Part shown: positions 39,871 through 53,956 of the stretch, piece by piece | How the letters are laid out: each line of letters begins with the position of its first letter | How positions within the stretch are numbered: the first letter of the stretch is position 1 | Source: Camelus dromedarius | Taxonomy: Eukaryota | Assembly: GCF_036321535.1 (NCBI RefSeq) | Contig: NC_087436.1 | Span: 111,292,001-111,356,000 of the forward strand | Direction: 5' to 3' | DNA length: 64,000 nucleotides | Program-made: the position numbers and the translations under genes | Notes under the pieces: model-generated | Databases searched by the model: none | Seen by the model: the letters and a program-made list of their open reading frames with translations, nothing else | What the model was told of the DNA's origin: nothing

Positions 39871-40553
39871 TGAGTGCCTGGAACTTGCATTCTGATAACT
39901 GTAAAGCCCCCTTACAAAACATCCTTTGTTGTTTTCTATTACATGAAAAAAAATATTCACTAACAAAATCAAAACAGGAAAATAGAAGGAAAAAAAAATC
40001 ACTCTACTCCTAAGCCCCTGATGTTGATATTGGTTTGGTTTTTTTAACCAACAGAACTTGGGGAAATCAAGACTGGCTCGCACCTCACGCCCGTGTCTCC
40101 ACACACTTCGACCGCTGTTTGAGGCTCTGGTCCGGCCTCCCTGTGCTTCATGCTTTGGCTGAGAGTTCGTTGTAAGCCAGCTCCCAGTGGCTTACATTCA
40201 GCTCTGGGGACACCGGGTGATAGACTCACTCCTGTCCCTGTGGCCCACGGCAGGACAGCTAGTCCAGCCACTTCCCGCTATCTCTGCCTTCACTCTGTAC
40301 CTTCATCTCTACCTTCATCTCCATGTTGGTCCAAGTCCCACTGCCTCTCAGGTGCATCATGGAGAGTCTGCTGGTCTCCCCACTCACTCCACCCTTACCC
40401 GACCATGCTCACCTCACAGCAACCAAAGTGCTCTTATAGAACTGTAAGTCAGGTCACAGCACGGCTCTGTTCAGCACCTCCTGTGGCTTCCCATCTTCCT
40501 CAGAGTAAAATCCATGGTCTTACAGTGGTTTGCGCAGCTTCACATGCTCCCAC

Positions 40554-40554
<1 letters not shown>

Positions 40555-40634
<80 letters not shown>
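40555..40634. repeat. (AC)40 microsatellite
   Basis: 80 nt of uninterrupted AC. Confidence 0.98.
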
Positions 40635-40637
<3 letters not shown>

Positions 40638-40876
40638 TCACGTCTGTCCTCCCACCCTCCTGCTCCTGTCATGCTGTTTCGTGTCAAGATGATCAGGAAA
40701 ACTCAACCACTAACTGAAAATTAGGTAATACTAATAAGGAATTGCTTGTTTGCTAAGTATAACAAAGATGTTGTAGTTATTGGTTTTTTTTTAAAAAGAG
40801 TCCTTATCTCTTAGAAATACTTACCGATGTTTTTACACATGTTACACAATGATTGGAATTTGCTATAAAACAATAT

Positions 40877-41003
40877 GGGGGGAGGGGATAGCTCAACTGG
40901 TAGAGCCTGTGCTTAGCAGGCATGAGGTCCTGGGCTCAATCCCTAGTACCTCCTCTAAAAAGAAATAAATAACTAATTACCTCCCCCCACCCCCCAAAAA
41001 AAT
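40877..41003 (+). mobile_element. tRNA-derived SINE, camelid Vic-1-like
   Basis: ggggaggggatagctcaactggtagagc (A box)...gaggtcctgggctcaatccc (B box, mutated)...aaataaataactaattacctcccc + A tail. Confidence 0.8.
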
Positions 41004-41374
41004 ACAGCAGGAAGGAAAAAAGTGGAGAATGGCATGTAAACACGAGACTGGCCACATAAGAGACTGCACCTGGCTGTTTTCTTTCTTCACCTTAACTAAT
41101 CACTTTCTGCAGTAGACTCTTGTCAGATCCCAAGACGACCTGCATCTCTGACTTCCCTAAGGCATTCCAAACAAGCCTGCCCTTTCCTTTACAAGAGGCA
41201 CTGGGGACACAAGGCCCCAGAAATAAAGCTGCTTCCTCACAGCTTCAGTGGGTGGCAGCTTGATTCCCGCTGGCTTCCCCTCCCTCCCTCGGGCTTTCTT
41301 CTGCTCTGTGTTCCGCCCTCACGCAGCCGTCTTCCTTCAGGTCAAACCCAGTGCTGTGTAGCCAGGCTCATTGA

Positions 41375-41509
<135 letters not shown>

Positions 41510-42252
41510 TAGTTCAAAGGTTGCAACACATTACACAGTTCTGCTGGTTTCGTTTTTCCCGAAGGTAATGGCAGCTTATTTATCAACAGGCTGGCATACA
41601 TTTAGAGGAATACTCATTGAAAATAAGACCCACAGGAAGTAGTCCAAATTATTAACAAACAGTATTTATATCTGTCTAGACAGATTATGTGTATTTTTAA
41701 GTTTTATGGAGTTTTTGTATTTTCCAACGTTTTAATAAATAAATGTGTCACTATTAATAATGGCTATAACTGGTGATAGGAAGGAGAGGGAAGAGCAGGA
41801 ATCCTTCACTTCTTTTCCTTTTATATTTTTGGAATTTATTACAGTGAGAAAATTCACATCCAGATCTCTCATCTGCTATCACAGAATCCTACAAGTGCTA
41901 AAAAAAAATGTGTATTTTTTAAATAACTCATAAGACTATAAACCCAAGCTGAATTCATGTGAGCTCATTTATAACTTTTATATCTCCCTCTTAGTGTGAC
42001 CGAATGCAAGTTTCACTCCAGAAGTATTAATGTGTTTGAGGACAAGGTGGGCCCAGCTTCTGCAGGGTGTGTTATATGACCTTTTCAAATCTAAAACAGG
42101 AGTTTAAATTAAAACACATTTGTCTTCAGAAGTTTTGGATAAGAGGTTGTGAACCTATGTTTTTTAAAACACAAAGTAGACTGGAGGAGAAGATGCTTTC
42201 AAAAATAACATGTACGTGTATAAATGAAAGTATTGCTCCCTTGCTCATATAG

Positions 42253-42540
<288 letters not shown>

Positions 42541-42869
42541 TAGGGGCCAAAGCTGTGGTTCCATTTTTCCAGACAGGAGGAAACCAGAGTTCCTTTCCAG
42601 CACCTGTTAAATGCCCAGTACGTGGGCAGATAGAAGAGTAACAAAACAAGCCCTGCCTTGGACAAATTACAATCCAGCCAAAGAGGAGGACTATGTAAGA
42701 GATGGGAAATAGGTCATTCTTTAGAAAAGGTACTTACTATTCCTGATACCAAATTCCAGAAAGCCTTTTTTTGTTGTTGTTGTTAATGGATGATTAGATA
42801 GGGGACTTTGAATCACTACTTAGCTGACCACCTCAGGGTGGGTCACATTGAAGTGGACTCTCATCATCT

Positions 42870-43080
42870 GGCCTTGAGTCTAGATTCAAATTCTGGTCCT
42901 CCTCATTCTTAGCTGTGTGGCTTTGGGCAGCTCACTTGACCTCTCTAAGAAGTCTGTCTCCTCACCTCTAAAATGAAAATACAGCAGCTACCTCATCAGA
43001 CTGATGTGACATTAAAGGAATTAATCCATAGGACATGCTTAGCACAAGACCTGACACAGACGCGTTCAATGTATTTCTAC
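42870..43080 (+). mobile_element. MIR SINE (representative; others near 1540, 2160, 3060, 12820, 14330, 20980, 26850, 29210, 33060, 36800, 37060, 38980, 59090)
   Basis: MIR core agctgtgtggctttgggcagctcacttgacctctct...ctcacctctaaaatgaaaata. Confidence 0.75.
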
Positions 43081-43711
43081 TGTTAGGGTTATTTCTCAAG
43101 ATACAGTGTATACTCTTGCAATTTTAAGGCCTCTTAATCTGTGGGTTTGGTTGATCATGAGATCTCTGATACTGCCTTATATTCCCAGAAACCCTCGTAG
43201 CATGCTTCCTTTCCAGAAATGTGTGCTTTTCCCCCTTTATTAATTCTTCCTATTTAGCCTTCCAGTCAGAGCATAACCTTTAATTCTGGGCTTTGAAATT
43301 TGCATTTCAGAAAGTGCTCCTTCTGAAGTGTTCCTTTTCCCAAGGCTATTTGGACAAATACGAGTGTTGAGCTGGAAGGATCCCCTGTCAGTCGTTGACG
43401 AGGTCCAGCCCTGTGTTTCACAGCTGAGGACACGGGAGCCTGGAAGCCCCAAGCAGTCTGTGAACTGCCAGAGCCGGCGCCTGACCCTGGCCATGGGTCC
43501 ATCTCATTCTCGGACACCTCTGTTCAAGGCTGTCTTCACATTGTTTTAAATAGCAAATGTTGCAAAATATGCCTCATTAGTGTTAAGTGAAACAATGGAG
43601 AACCCTGTTTTCAAAACAGATGCTACCCCCCCACCCCTACCCCGCTCCTTCACAGCTTGTTTCTAGCTACGAACCTTGGCCCTTGGCCCACCACATTCTA
43701 GTATCTTTTGA

Positions 43712-43921
<210 letters not shown>

Positions 43922-44346
43922 ACTGATCCTTGGGATACATCACAAAGAGGACATTTGAAAAACATTTCTTTTGAAACATCTGAATGAGGGAATGAACTAG
44001 AAAACCAGTCAACCAAATAACTTGCTTGTAGTATGATTTACATGTATGGCTAAAACAAATTCTTGCATTAACATTTCATACTGTTTCATTGTGACATTAA
44101 GATAAAACAAGCCAGTGTTACCAGATTAGCTCCCACAGGAAAACGCTGTTAATGTTACTGATGACCTACATGTAATATATCCAGTGTCCATAGATTGTTC
44201 CTTGTGGAACAGCAGACTTTGTGATATCCAGGGTCTACTTTTAAAGTGATTCATTTTTCCTAGGATGCTGGGCATCTTCACGTGAAAAGTCCTCCTATGT
44301 AAATGATACAATTCCAAAGTGCACATCTAACCTCAATAGGCAGAGG

Positions 44347-44352
44347 AATAAA
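44347..44352 (+). terminator. Candidate FAM184B polyadenylation signal (AATAAA); alternatives at 44947 and 44970
   Basis: First AATAAA downstream of the stop; actual usage not determinable from sequence. Confidence 0.4.
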
Positions 44353-46676
44353 CAAAGGTCAAAAATAACCAGGAAAGCCAATTTAAAAAAAAACCAAACT
44401 ACTGAGAATGGACTGTAGCAGACCCTGGCATACATGAATCAAGTATTTTGTCTTCCTAGGTCCAGGACAAGTAGATTACAGAGGGCATAACACCTACCTC
44501 AAAAGGCGCTTTCTGAAGGAAAGTAAAATAATATGGGTAACGCTACCAATCATGAATTGCAATTAAGCTTTGCCAGGATTTTTCTGTGAATAACCGAGCT
44601 TTGCCCTGTCATACATCTCAGTTTCAAAGACTGTAGCATCGACTTGGTCATTTGCGAAGGATTCTAGATTATCTGTTCTTTGAAGTCAAAGCTCTACTGA
44701 ATCTCTAGTCTTGCCCCCCTGGTGCGTGACTTCCCCACTGCATGGGTGCTCGGCAGGTCAAAGAGAACTGGGCGTGACCTCACTGCAGTCCACACTGAGC
44801 TGTCTGACCCTCTGACAGAGCAGTGCGATTTGACAAGACTCAATACAACTTCTAGTGAGAAAAATATGTTAATTCTTTGGTGCTGGCCCAGCAGGTGGCC
44901 CATAAACAACTATTTATTCTATGCACTGTCAAATCTTTGCTCTTTGAATAAAACTTTGAACAACTGGGCAATAAAAATGGTTGTGACTTGTATTGATTTT
45001 CTAAAGAAGGGTGAAATTAGATGAAGACTGAACTTGGAAATAGGAAGTTCACATTAACCTCAGTCAGATCATCTTCAGTAAAACAGCTGCTCACGCACTA
45101 TGCCATTTTGAGAGAAATGCAATTACAACTCAAACTCCCAATTTAAAGGCAAATTTACTACCTAATCAAAACTCATGGTCCAGTAATTTTTAAAATGCAA
45201 ATCCTTGTTACTATCCGTGTTACATGCCATGTTCTTTTCCAGTATCAAGTATTTTTTTTAGGTGTCTTTTGTTTCCTGCTTAGGGTGAACATTCTAAGAT
45301 TATGTCTGTGTTTTGTGTTTTAAACAGGTAGTTCTGTTTTTGTTTATTGAAATATTTCCCATCACTGTGCAACTCCTGATGACTAACAAAGCAGGCTGCA
45401 CTTCATACTGCTGTCCTTTAAGTCACCGTAATACCGCTGCAGGGATAGAATTTTACTGAGACCCACATCTGTTTTGACTTCTTTCTTGTTGCCGGTGAGA
45501 GATGTTCAATTTCTAGATTATACCCAAATAATTGTATCTTTGCTAAGTAAACCTGGCATGCTTCTACCACTTTGTCTTTAGGACATACTCCTTGAGTATT
45601 GAAGTAAAGCATCAAAGGATACATGCCTAGGTCTTCTGCGTGATATCGCCAAATTACCAGAAAGACCCTAGCAATTTACACCTTCACCAGCAGTGCATGA
45701 AATTCTACTTCTCTGCACTGTAGGTAATATTGACAAGGAAATTTAACTTGATAGATAAAATATTCTTGTTTTCTTTTGCATAATCTGATTCTGTCAATCT
45801 CTCAAGAGCAGAGTGGTCTAGAGATGATGGGAATGGCTTAGAGGTAACAGTACAGATGAAGAGATGTGAACTGATTCAGGATTTAGGAGGGAGAAACAAT
45901 AGGATTTGACGATAAATCTATTCAGGGTGTCTATTAAATTGACAGAGGGAGGAAGAGTTAACATATTCCCGGAGCAAAACTGGAAAGGAACACTAATGCA
46001 AATTGTTTCTTAATTGGGGTAGAAGAGAATGAATTTGCCCACAAGGCTGCACACCACACATCTGAGCCCTTTCTAACTGCTCCAATGTCAGTACCGCATC
46101 TAACACCACGGTTGTGATCGAGGCTACTTGGTATATACTCACTCTCCAGCACCTGCCTGGGTTCTGCAAGGGCCCGGCTGGGAAATTAAGTGGGGCTATG
46201 ACAGGGATGCCTTCCTAGCGTCCTTTAGACTTCCAAGGGTAGCAACCATCTCCACCACCATCCCTAGGATGCAGTACTGGTTTTGATCTGCTACCTCCTG
46301 GCTCCTCAGCTATCTGTTCTCCACCTGCAGGAGATAACCAGCGATGCCCTAGGCACTCACAGCAGCCTTTGGCCATTAAACACTGTTATTTTGTCCCCCT
46401 GCTGAGTCAAGACAGGGCAGTGATAACCAGCCATCTTGTACGCAATACTTCCCCTTACCTTCCAAGTGTTTGAAGCCATGCGCTGACAAAGTCCCTTTCA
46501 CGGGGACACTTTTCCAGGGCACCACTGGTGTACTCTTCGGTAACTGGACCATCTCCTTGTGTTGATGACTCTCTCACATACCACTCGGATGGGTCCTACT
46601 TGCCAGCTGGAGAGTGAGCGAGCCGGTCTCCAAACCCCATCCCACTGCCTGGTCTCAGACCACGTCCATAGCAGCA

Positions 46677-47213
46677 TGTAGGGTCCTCCAGGAGGCACAC
46701 CCCAAGTTAGAGATGCAGAAAGCACCAGAAACCCCCCTGGAGTTAAACAAGTTGGGTTTATTACTTGTTGGAGAGAGAAGGGGAGAGTGTTCATCATCAA
46801 GCATGGTGGGGCTCCTCGGGAAGAGGGTGTTAGAACCTACTGTAAGATTTCGGCATTGATCAGGCGATCTCAAGCAGAGTCTAAAGAAGGGAGAGTCATG
46901 CTAGATCAGATGCTGTCAGAGAGCAGAAGCAATTCTGACTGGGTTTCTTAAGTCCTATCTGTAGGGAGGGCAGACCAGACATAAAGCTATAAACGGTCAT
47001 TTAAAAAGGAAAGAAAGGGGGAGGGGTCGATCACTTATTTTAGCCAGGAGGATGTCTGATGTCTGGAGGTGGCAGAGTGACCTTGTTTTTTTCCTGTGCT
47101 TAAAATTGTGAAGTGGTTTTGTTTTGTCTCCCTTTATCATGGTCTCGGAGCAACTTTGCCTAGGAGGTTGGTATCCCGAGACACTTTATGGCTATTCAAA
47201 GTAACATGCCGCA
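46677..47213 (-). mobile_element. Probable solo LTR
   Basis: TG...CA termini flanked by gcagca/gcagca; AATAAA on - strand near 46757; family not identified. Confidence 0.55.
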
Positions 47214-48130
47214 GCAGCACCAGGTCAGCGTCCAATGTCAAGGACAGGTTGCCCCCTTCTCAGGGGAAACACCTGTTTTGAATAAAGGGAAGAAGCAGAG
47301 GAGGAAGAGCCTTCAGACTTGGATGCACAGTTGACACCTGTGAAGAGAGGGCCGAGGAAGATTTGGGAAGACTGTGCTGGGTCACACCCAGGGAGAGCAC
47401 GGCCTCCGTGAGAACGCTGCGGCGGATCCCCCAAGGCAGAAGCTTTGGGTAAATGCGCTCCCCGCGGTGTCTCTCTCCAAGGGAGAACCAAGCAGGGGTC
47501 TTGTCATGGCCTCCAGAAACCCCGGACCAAGCCCTCAGGAATGTCAACATTTGGAGGTTGGGCAGAAGAGGAAGGAGAAAAGGGAAGACGTGTTAAAGAG
47601 AATGAGTTCCAATAAAGATGATGAAGTGTCACAGCAAAGGGGCTGTAACTGTCACAAGCAGTCGGAGCCGTGGAGTCACACATCACAAGCCTGGAGGGGG
47701 AGGGGAGGGGAGCAGGGGAGCCGGAGACTGTGAATGAGGGGCAGGGAACATCGCAGGAAACGCTGAAAACCAGGGGTCAAGAATGCTTGTGGGCTGTAGG
47801 GAGTGACCTGCAGACTGTGACGTGGGGAGCAAAGATCCCCCAGGGGGTTAAGCCCTAGAGAAGGCGACTGGCCTAGACCCAGGTCACTTGCAGGAAGGTT
47901 GGCCTTATACAGAGTAAGCACTTCAGCAGATGGAACAGGAAGGGGAAGTAAGATGCCCTGCAGATGTGGGGTGTGTCACTCCCAGAGGGAAGGCAAGGGC
48001 AATCCCAGCTGATGGCTAGTTTATTTTCTCCTTGAAGGAGACAGCAGCCCAGAGGGTTTTCTATGTTCACCAACCAGCAAGATGGCACTAAAAAGGAAAA
48101 AGATATTTATAGACAAGATTGAAATAGTTA

Positions 48131-48136
48131 TTTATT
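48131..48136 (-). terminator. Candidate MED28 polyadenylation signal (AATAAA on - strand); another at 48020-48025
   Basis: tttatt on + strand ~1.7 kb past the MED28 stop, in AT-rich sequence. Confidence 0.35.
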
Positions 48137-49819
48137 TGACAGAAAACTCTTGAATTTAATAAATAAATGGCAATAACTGGTACATACATTAGTTCAAAAT
48201 ATTTTTACTAAGCATCAAATAGAACAGTTCCCCAACTTTTTATCAAGAACCTCTTCACTATCGAAAGGATGCCTAAAACTCAGTTTAGTTTATGTTTTGA
48301 ATCAAGAAACCCAAAGCGATTGGCATGAGATGACCAAATTAACAACTTTCAAATATTAATGTGATTAAAAACAACTTTTAAAAGCTTTGTTTAAACTGTA
48401 ACATTCTGAATGAGGGGATTTGTTGGCTTCAGGCTGTGTACCATAACACATACACACACAAATGAGTAATAAGTATCATGTATAAAAGATAAATAATCCC
48501 CCCTGTATATTCAGATGGGAATAATGCCTACTTCTCAAGAGGAACAGAGGCAGATACAATCACTAACCCCAGAGGGAAAAACAAGCAAGGCTGGTAAAAG
48601 GACAAGAAGTCCTGTGCCCTGGGCATGCAATGGAGAGGGCCTTTGGAGGCTGCAGACTCCGTGACGTCCAGGCCAGATGGGAACTTGAGTGGATGTCAAG
48701 GCGTGTGGGGAGGGTTCTCCAAAGCTGGAGAAAATAAAGGGAGCCAAGACATCGAGTCACAGAACTACTGCCTGTTCAGAAGACAGTGGAGTACTAGTTT
48801 AGGGTGAAGGGATGTAATCTAATAAGAGATTGTAAACAGCAGAGAAAGGAAATCCTCATCCAATGAGGGCCAGACACAATGCTGGTCTGTATTTTTCAAC
48901 AGCAGTTCAAGAGAAAATCCGAGGTGGCCTGTATGACCAACAAGAGGGTAAACTATCTTCCCAAACACTGAGGCTCTACATGCTCTACATGGAAGTCCCC
49001 AAGGCCACCCTGCAGCCCACCCTCCCACCCCCAGGGCCCCAGTCCCTTGGAATCGACACCATTCATTAGCAAGAACCTCCCTCAATGGAAAGTTATGCTC
49101 TAAAAACACAAAGCAAAACTCAAAACTCAGAGATGATCACAGCCAGCTTTAACCCTCATATTTCACTTGTGCCCCAGCTGTCATGCTACTGAGAACAGGG
49201 TCTGCCCCGTTCCTTAAATCAACTCATTACTACACAATGTACACAATTAAGCATGTTGCTGCTCCTACCATGCCCCTCCCCTCAAAGTAAATAAACACTA
49301 CACAAATACAAACTTAGCCCAAACAAAAGTCAACATCGACCCAACAGCACTACTGGATTACCACAGCACTCACTCACTGTGGCATGGTAACACTACACTA
49401 ACCTATTTACAAAGTATCATTCTGAGGCTCTGGAAGCATTACAAACATTGTTACATTAGATTCCTCTTCTTGAGGTAGTTCAAAGTATTGAAACAGCAAA
49501 CTTATGTATTTTTACATACTGCCACTGAAGGGTAAATTAACATAAAAAGGAATATGTAAGTGGCATCACTTTAACAGCCTAAACTTTGCTAAAGTCAAAA
49601 CAATATACTTGGTTTTACCAAAGCAACACATATTTTATAAAGTACTTGAGAAATAACGCTTATAAAAATAGGGGAAAATTTTAGGTGGGAGCATAAAACT
49701 GAAATCACCCCATTCTCTGGCAGAGCTCTCCCCACATGTCATGTCTACAAGAACTGATGTCTGGCAAAACCGTGTCTGGGCTGACTCATCTGCCAGCTCA
49801 CTCTCTGGCTGGCTTTTCC

Positions 49820-50017
49820 TCAGGTCTGCTTCACTGGTGCAGGGATGTTTGCAGACGCCTGCTCGAGGTAGGCCAGGGATCCCTGAGGGATTTCGGCTGG
49901 CTTTTTGTGCTGCACATTGATGTCCTCCAGCACCTGCTGCCAATGCCTCAGTTTTGTTAAGTGCTTCTGGACCAGAGCATCCTTCCGCTGTAATTCGTTC
50001 CTTAATTCTGAGACATC
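49820..50017 (-). CDS. MED28: MED28 exon 4 (coding part)
   Basis: tttgtag|; [68 protein letters not shown]; the four exons total 537 nt = 178 aa + stop. Confidence 0.97.
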   Translation of the reverse strand, partial: DVSELRNELQRKDALVQKHLTKLRHWQQVLEDINVQHKKPAEIPQGSLAYLEQASANIPAPVKQT

Positions 50018-50666
50018 CTACAAATGAAAGCAATGAAGTCAGACAAAACTCATGAAGAATGAACACAGTTCCTGATTAGTTAAGAGCATTAAGAAGTAAA
50101 TTCAAAACAAAGACTCAACTAAACCATACCAAGCCCATTAACTGTTTGGCTGCATAATATGAATAACCCAAAGCAACTCTTCCCATGAAAGGTGGCTGCT
50201 TAACACTGAGTTTTTATTTTTAATCCACTTTCTTTTAATAATTCATACACAAGTTACAAAATTCCAAAGTCTCCAAGTGTAGCCAAAAAGAAACCAGTCT
50301 CTTTTCCATCCTGGTCCCCAGACCCCCAGTATCTCTGTTCAAAGGTGACTGCTGAGAATCTAAAACACTGACAATCTGAAACACATGTTAACTGTTTAAA
50401 AGACTCTACAACCACTGTTCTAGCACTTCAGTTTATGAAGTGCTAAAACCTCATTTTAATGAGTTTTTTCATGAACACCAATATTAAAATTCTGTATTAA
50501 GACCTCCCTTGAACACACCTAGATCATTACTCAGGTATTCAAAGCAGGAAATGATCTGCTATGGTGACCTGTAAGAGCAGCACCTTCTCAACAGCTGGTA
50601 TCAATGAATAAAAAGAACATTTTTGACTAATTACTCAGATTGTGAGAACAGTTACTTCAAAACTGC

Positions 50667-50693
50667 AAAAAAAAAAAAAAAAAAAAAAAAAAA
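50667..50693. repeat. A27 homopolymer in MED28 intron 3
   Basis: 27 consecutive A. Confidence 0.95.
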
Positions 50694-51322
50694 CCACACA
50701 ACCCAATCATCCCAACTTAAGTGTTTCTCACTGGGGGCATCACTGGAGTTTTGGGGCAGGAAGAGACTTCCGTCTTCCACACTGCAAGGGGCAGGCCCTG
50801 GCCCAACCCCCTAATGCCATTACTGGCTACCCCAACACACTTCCAAATACCCCGGTTTCAAACAACTGTGATAAATGAAATCCAGAGTTTCAAGAACTCT
50901 GAGACAGAACGTTTACTTTTTGACTTCTTGAACAAAATTTGCCAGAGTCCTTCCTGTGTGTAAAGCACCAGGGACATGCAGATCAGTTCCTGTCCAAAAT
51001 GAGCTTACCATCTACATTCAATGGCTTTTCACATCTTTTCAAGCAGTAGAACCTTTTTTGTTTAAAAGAAAAATCTTCCATGAAAGCCAGTGTATGAAAC
51101 AAGGGCAGCCAGCTGCTTGTTTGAAGCCCCGCTTTCCACCCCTACCACCCAGCTCCACTACCTGCCCAGGTTGTCATGAACACGGACAAGCAACACCACC
51201 TCACACTCAAGCCACAAAGCCCCGCTACACCTAGTGGGCAAATGCAGCCTCTCAGCTGAAGCATGACTGGGATTCTGACATCTGCTCTTCCTTAAAAGTT
51301 GGGGGGAAAACCGAGCTCGTAC

Positions 51323-51435
51323 CTCTTTGATAACTTGCTCTGGTTTCTGGACAGATAACTGCAACCTTTTTTGTAGGAAAAAACATTCTGTCTGTCTTGC
51401 AATATCTAGAAATTTCTGGATACACTGATCAACAC
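51323..51435 (-). CDS. MED28: MED28 exon 3
   Basis: tttctaag|, GAG|gtacga; [37 protein letters not shown], 113 nt. Confidence 0.97.
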
Positions 51436-52080
51436 CTTAGAAAAAAAGATCAAAATATTAAATAAAGAAAAACACTAGACACATATATCTCCCTCATAAA
51501 TGAACAGTCAGAATATCAAAACAGCACATTCTCATAGATATAATCTGGGATTTTAATCCTTCCCTCAATAATACTGACCCCCAACCTCTATGTGTTAAAC
51601 AACATCAAACAGCTGATAATCTGTGCTTTTATCAGGTGAATAAGAGAACTAACTGCAATACAAAAGTTCTTCTGAAGAAAGACAATCCAGAGATTCAGCA
51701 ATTAGCATCATGATTTCCAGTTAAAACAGAACATTTAAAACACAGTACAAAGCAACCAGAAGCATCTCTGGGGAGAGAACTTGGATGCGTTAAGAGGGGG
51801 AAGCACAAACCTTAGCGTTTTAAAAAGCAGCATACACTACTGGTCTTTGTTCTGGTACAGATGTGAAAAGCTCACTGTAAGTGGCTCATGGTGAGTGACA
51901 TAACATCTTAGTTTATAAACTGAACAAAGAACCAGGAGTATATAGATTGACTACATAAATCTTATTCCCTGGAAAAGTTCTCTTAGGATACCAGCGGGAA
52001 TGAAACACATCAAGTGTCAAATGAGCAATGAGGAATCTTGCTGAAGGCAAGAACATTGTCTCCAAAGAAGGAATTCTTAC

Positions 52081-52147
52081 CAGTTCGGATCTCTTCCTGA
52101 TCTGTACCATTGACATAGTCTTGACTCACCAGAGAAGCAAAACAAGC
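52081..52147 (-). CDS. MED28: MED28 exon 2
   Basis: acacag|, CTG|gtaaga; [22 protein letters not shown](G), 67 nt. Confidence 0.97.
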
Positions 52148-53404
52148 CTGTGTGATCAAAACATATCACAAAAGAAAAAAATGTCATTCACACATCAAGA
52201 CTCTTACTTCAGAGCAAGAAATAACTTCTCTTGATGTCACTCAGTAAGTTGACAGCTCCTGGGTTTGCATTCCCCTCTTAATTAGTGACATTATGCCACT
52301 GAAGAAACTTGGTAAATTGAGCCCATTAGGCCCACAAAGGGAGAGCCGGCCAATAGGCAGCCGGTATTTGCTGCCTGTCCCCCAAATCTGGTCTCTCCTA
52401 CTGCTGCTCCTGCCCCCACTGTCTCACCAAGGCCTGGATCTCCGTTCCAGTCCCATCCGCAGCCCCTCCCTCTGATGACTTGTATCACCCAGTCAGGACT
52501 CGGGTCAATCGTCACCTCCTCATTGAGGCCATCCCTGTCTACTCTGTCTAAATGGCACTCTTCCTGCTCATGCTCTATCCTCAAGCCCTGTTTTATTGTT
52601 TTTCACTCAATTAACTGACATCGTGCCATTCTTTCAGTCCACACTGTTAGCTGTCCCCTACTAGCAGGTGGGAATTTTGCCTGTCTTTTTGCTTGGCACA
52701 AAGTGGATGCTCAACACATGTTCATGACTGACTGGACGGCCTAAGAGAAGGTGGTGTCACACAGACAAATGAGTCCCAAAGAGGGATTCAGCCAAGGAGT
52801 TCTGTGCATGGGCAACTCTCAGGAAATGCACAAAGGAGGGCTACTGCAGGGCAGCAGGGCCAGAAAGAGAGCCAGATGGGAGCTGGGGAGCAGGACTCAG
52901 AAAGGAAACCTCAAACCTCAGGAAAGCACAGACCTGCTAGTAAGCAAACTACATTTGGTGTGAGGCAGGCAAGTTTAGGCCCAAATTCAGGCCATCAATC
53001 AGATGTGAAAAAGGCCCTTCTCCTGCCTGCAGTTGCCCCCATCTGATCTACAAAGAAAAAAAAAAAAATCAAAGGATTTCCCCTGAAGAAATCCTGTAAC
53101 AGTCAAGAAGTCAAAAAAGACTGCCCATTCTGTGTATTACTTTGAAAGGTGACTCCTGTTGGATCTGACATGTAGGTGGGGTACACCTGCATTGTGAAAC
53201 CGGTGGCTCCTTGAAAACATCTCATCCGGAAAGCCAACCAGTCACAAACTGGCAAAGAAAGCTGGGGCTGCTCCCCCAGAACCAGCAGGGCCACCAGACA
53301 GGGTGGGAGGAAACCTGATTTCAGAATTAGTTCCTTCTTCCCCTCTTTAATTAGTAAATAAATAAACAAATAAATAAAATAAATATATATGAATGATACT
53401 CAGC

Positions 53405-53956
53405 TGAAAAAAATAAAAACACTAACTTGAAAAGATTTCTGCACCCCCACGTTCATTGCAGTATTATTCACAATAGTCAAGGTATACGGAAACAACCTAA
53501 GTGTCCATCAATGGATGAATGGATAAAGCAGTTGTGGTATATATATACAACAGAGTATTATTTAGCCATTAAAAAGAGAATGAAATCTTGCCATTTGCAA
53601 CATGGATGGACCTTGAGGGTGTAAGTCAAATACTATATGATCGTACTTAAATGTGGACCTTAAAACAAAACAAAAACAAGCTCAAAGATGATCAGAACAC
53701 GGTGGTGGTTGCCAGAGGCAGAAGATGGGGTGGGTGAAGTGGGTGAAGGGTGCCAAAAGGTACAAACTTCCAGTTATAAATAAGTCAAAAGGATGTAATG
53801 TACAGCACAGTTAAAATCCTTTTTAACTATGTATGGTGACAGATATTAACTAGACTTAACTGTGGCAATCATTTTGCAATATACACAAATATTAAACCAT
53901 TAGTCTGTACACCTAAAACTAGTGTATCAATTAAACTTCAATTAAAATAAAAAAAA
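53405..53956 (+). mobile_element. L1 3' end in MED28 intron 1 (antisense to MED28)
   Basis: caacctaagtgtccatcaatggatgaatggataaag...ggtacaaacttccagttataa...A-rich tail. Confidence 0.9.

Noticed and set aside
40150..40724. ORFs with HT/TH repeats
   Set aside because: Translation of the (AC)40 microsatellite and flanking L2-like sequence
40877..40953. tRNA gene
   Set aside because: B box is mutated, no convincing cloverleaf, and it continues into a SINE body and A tail; it is a tRNA-derived SINE
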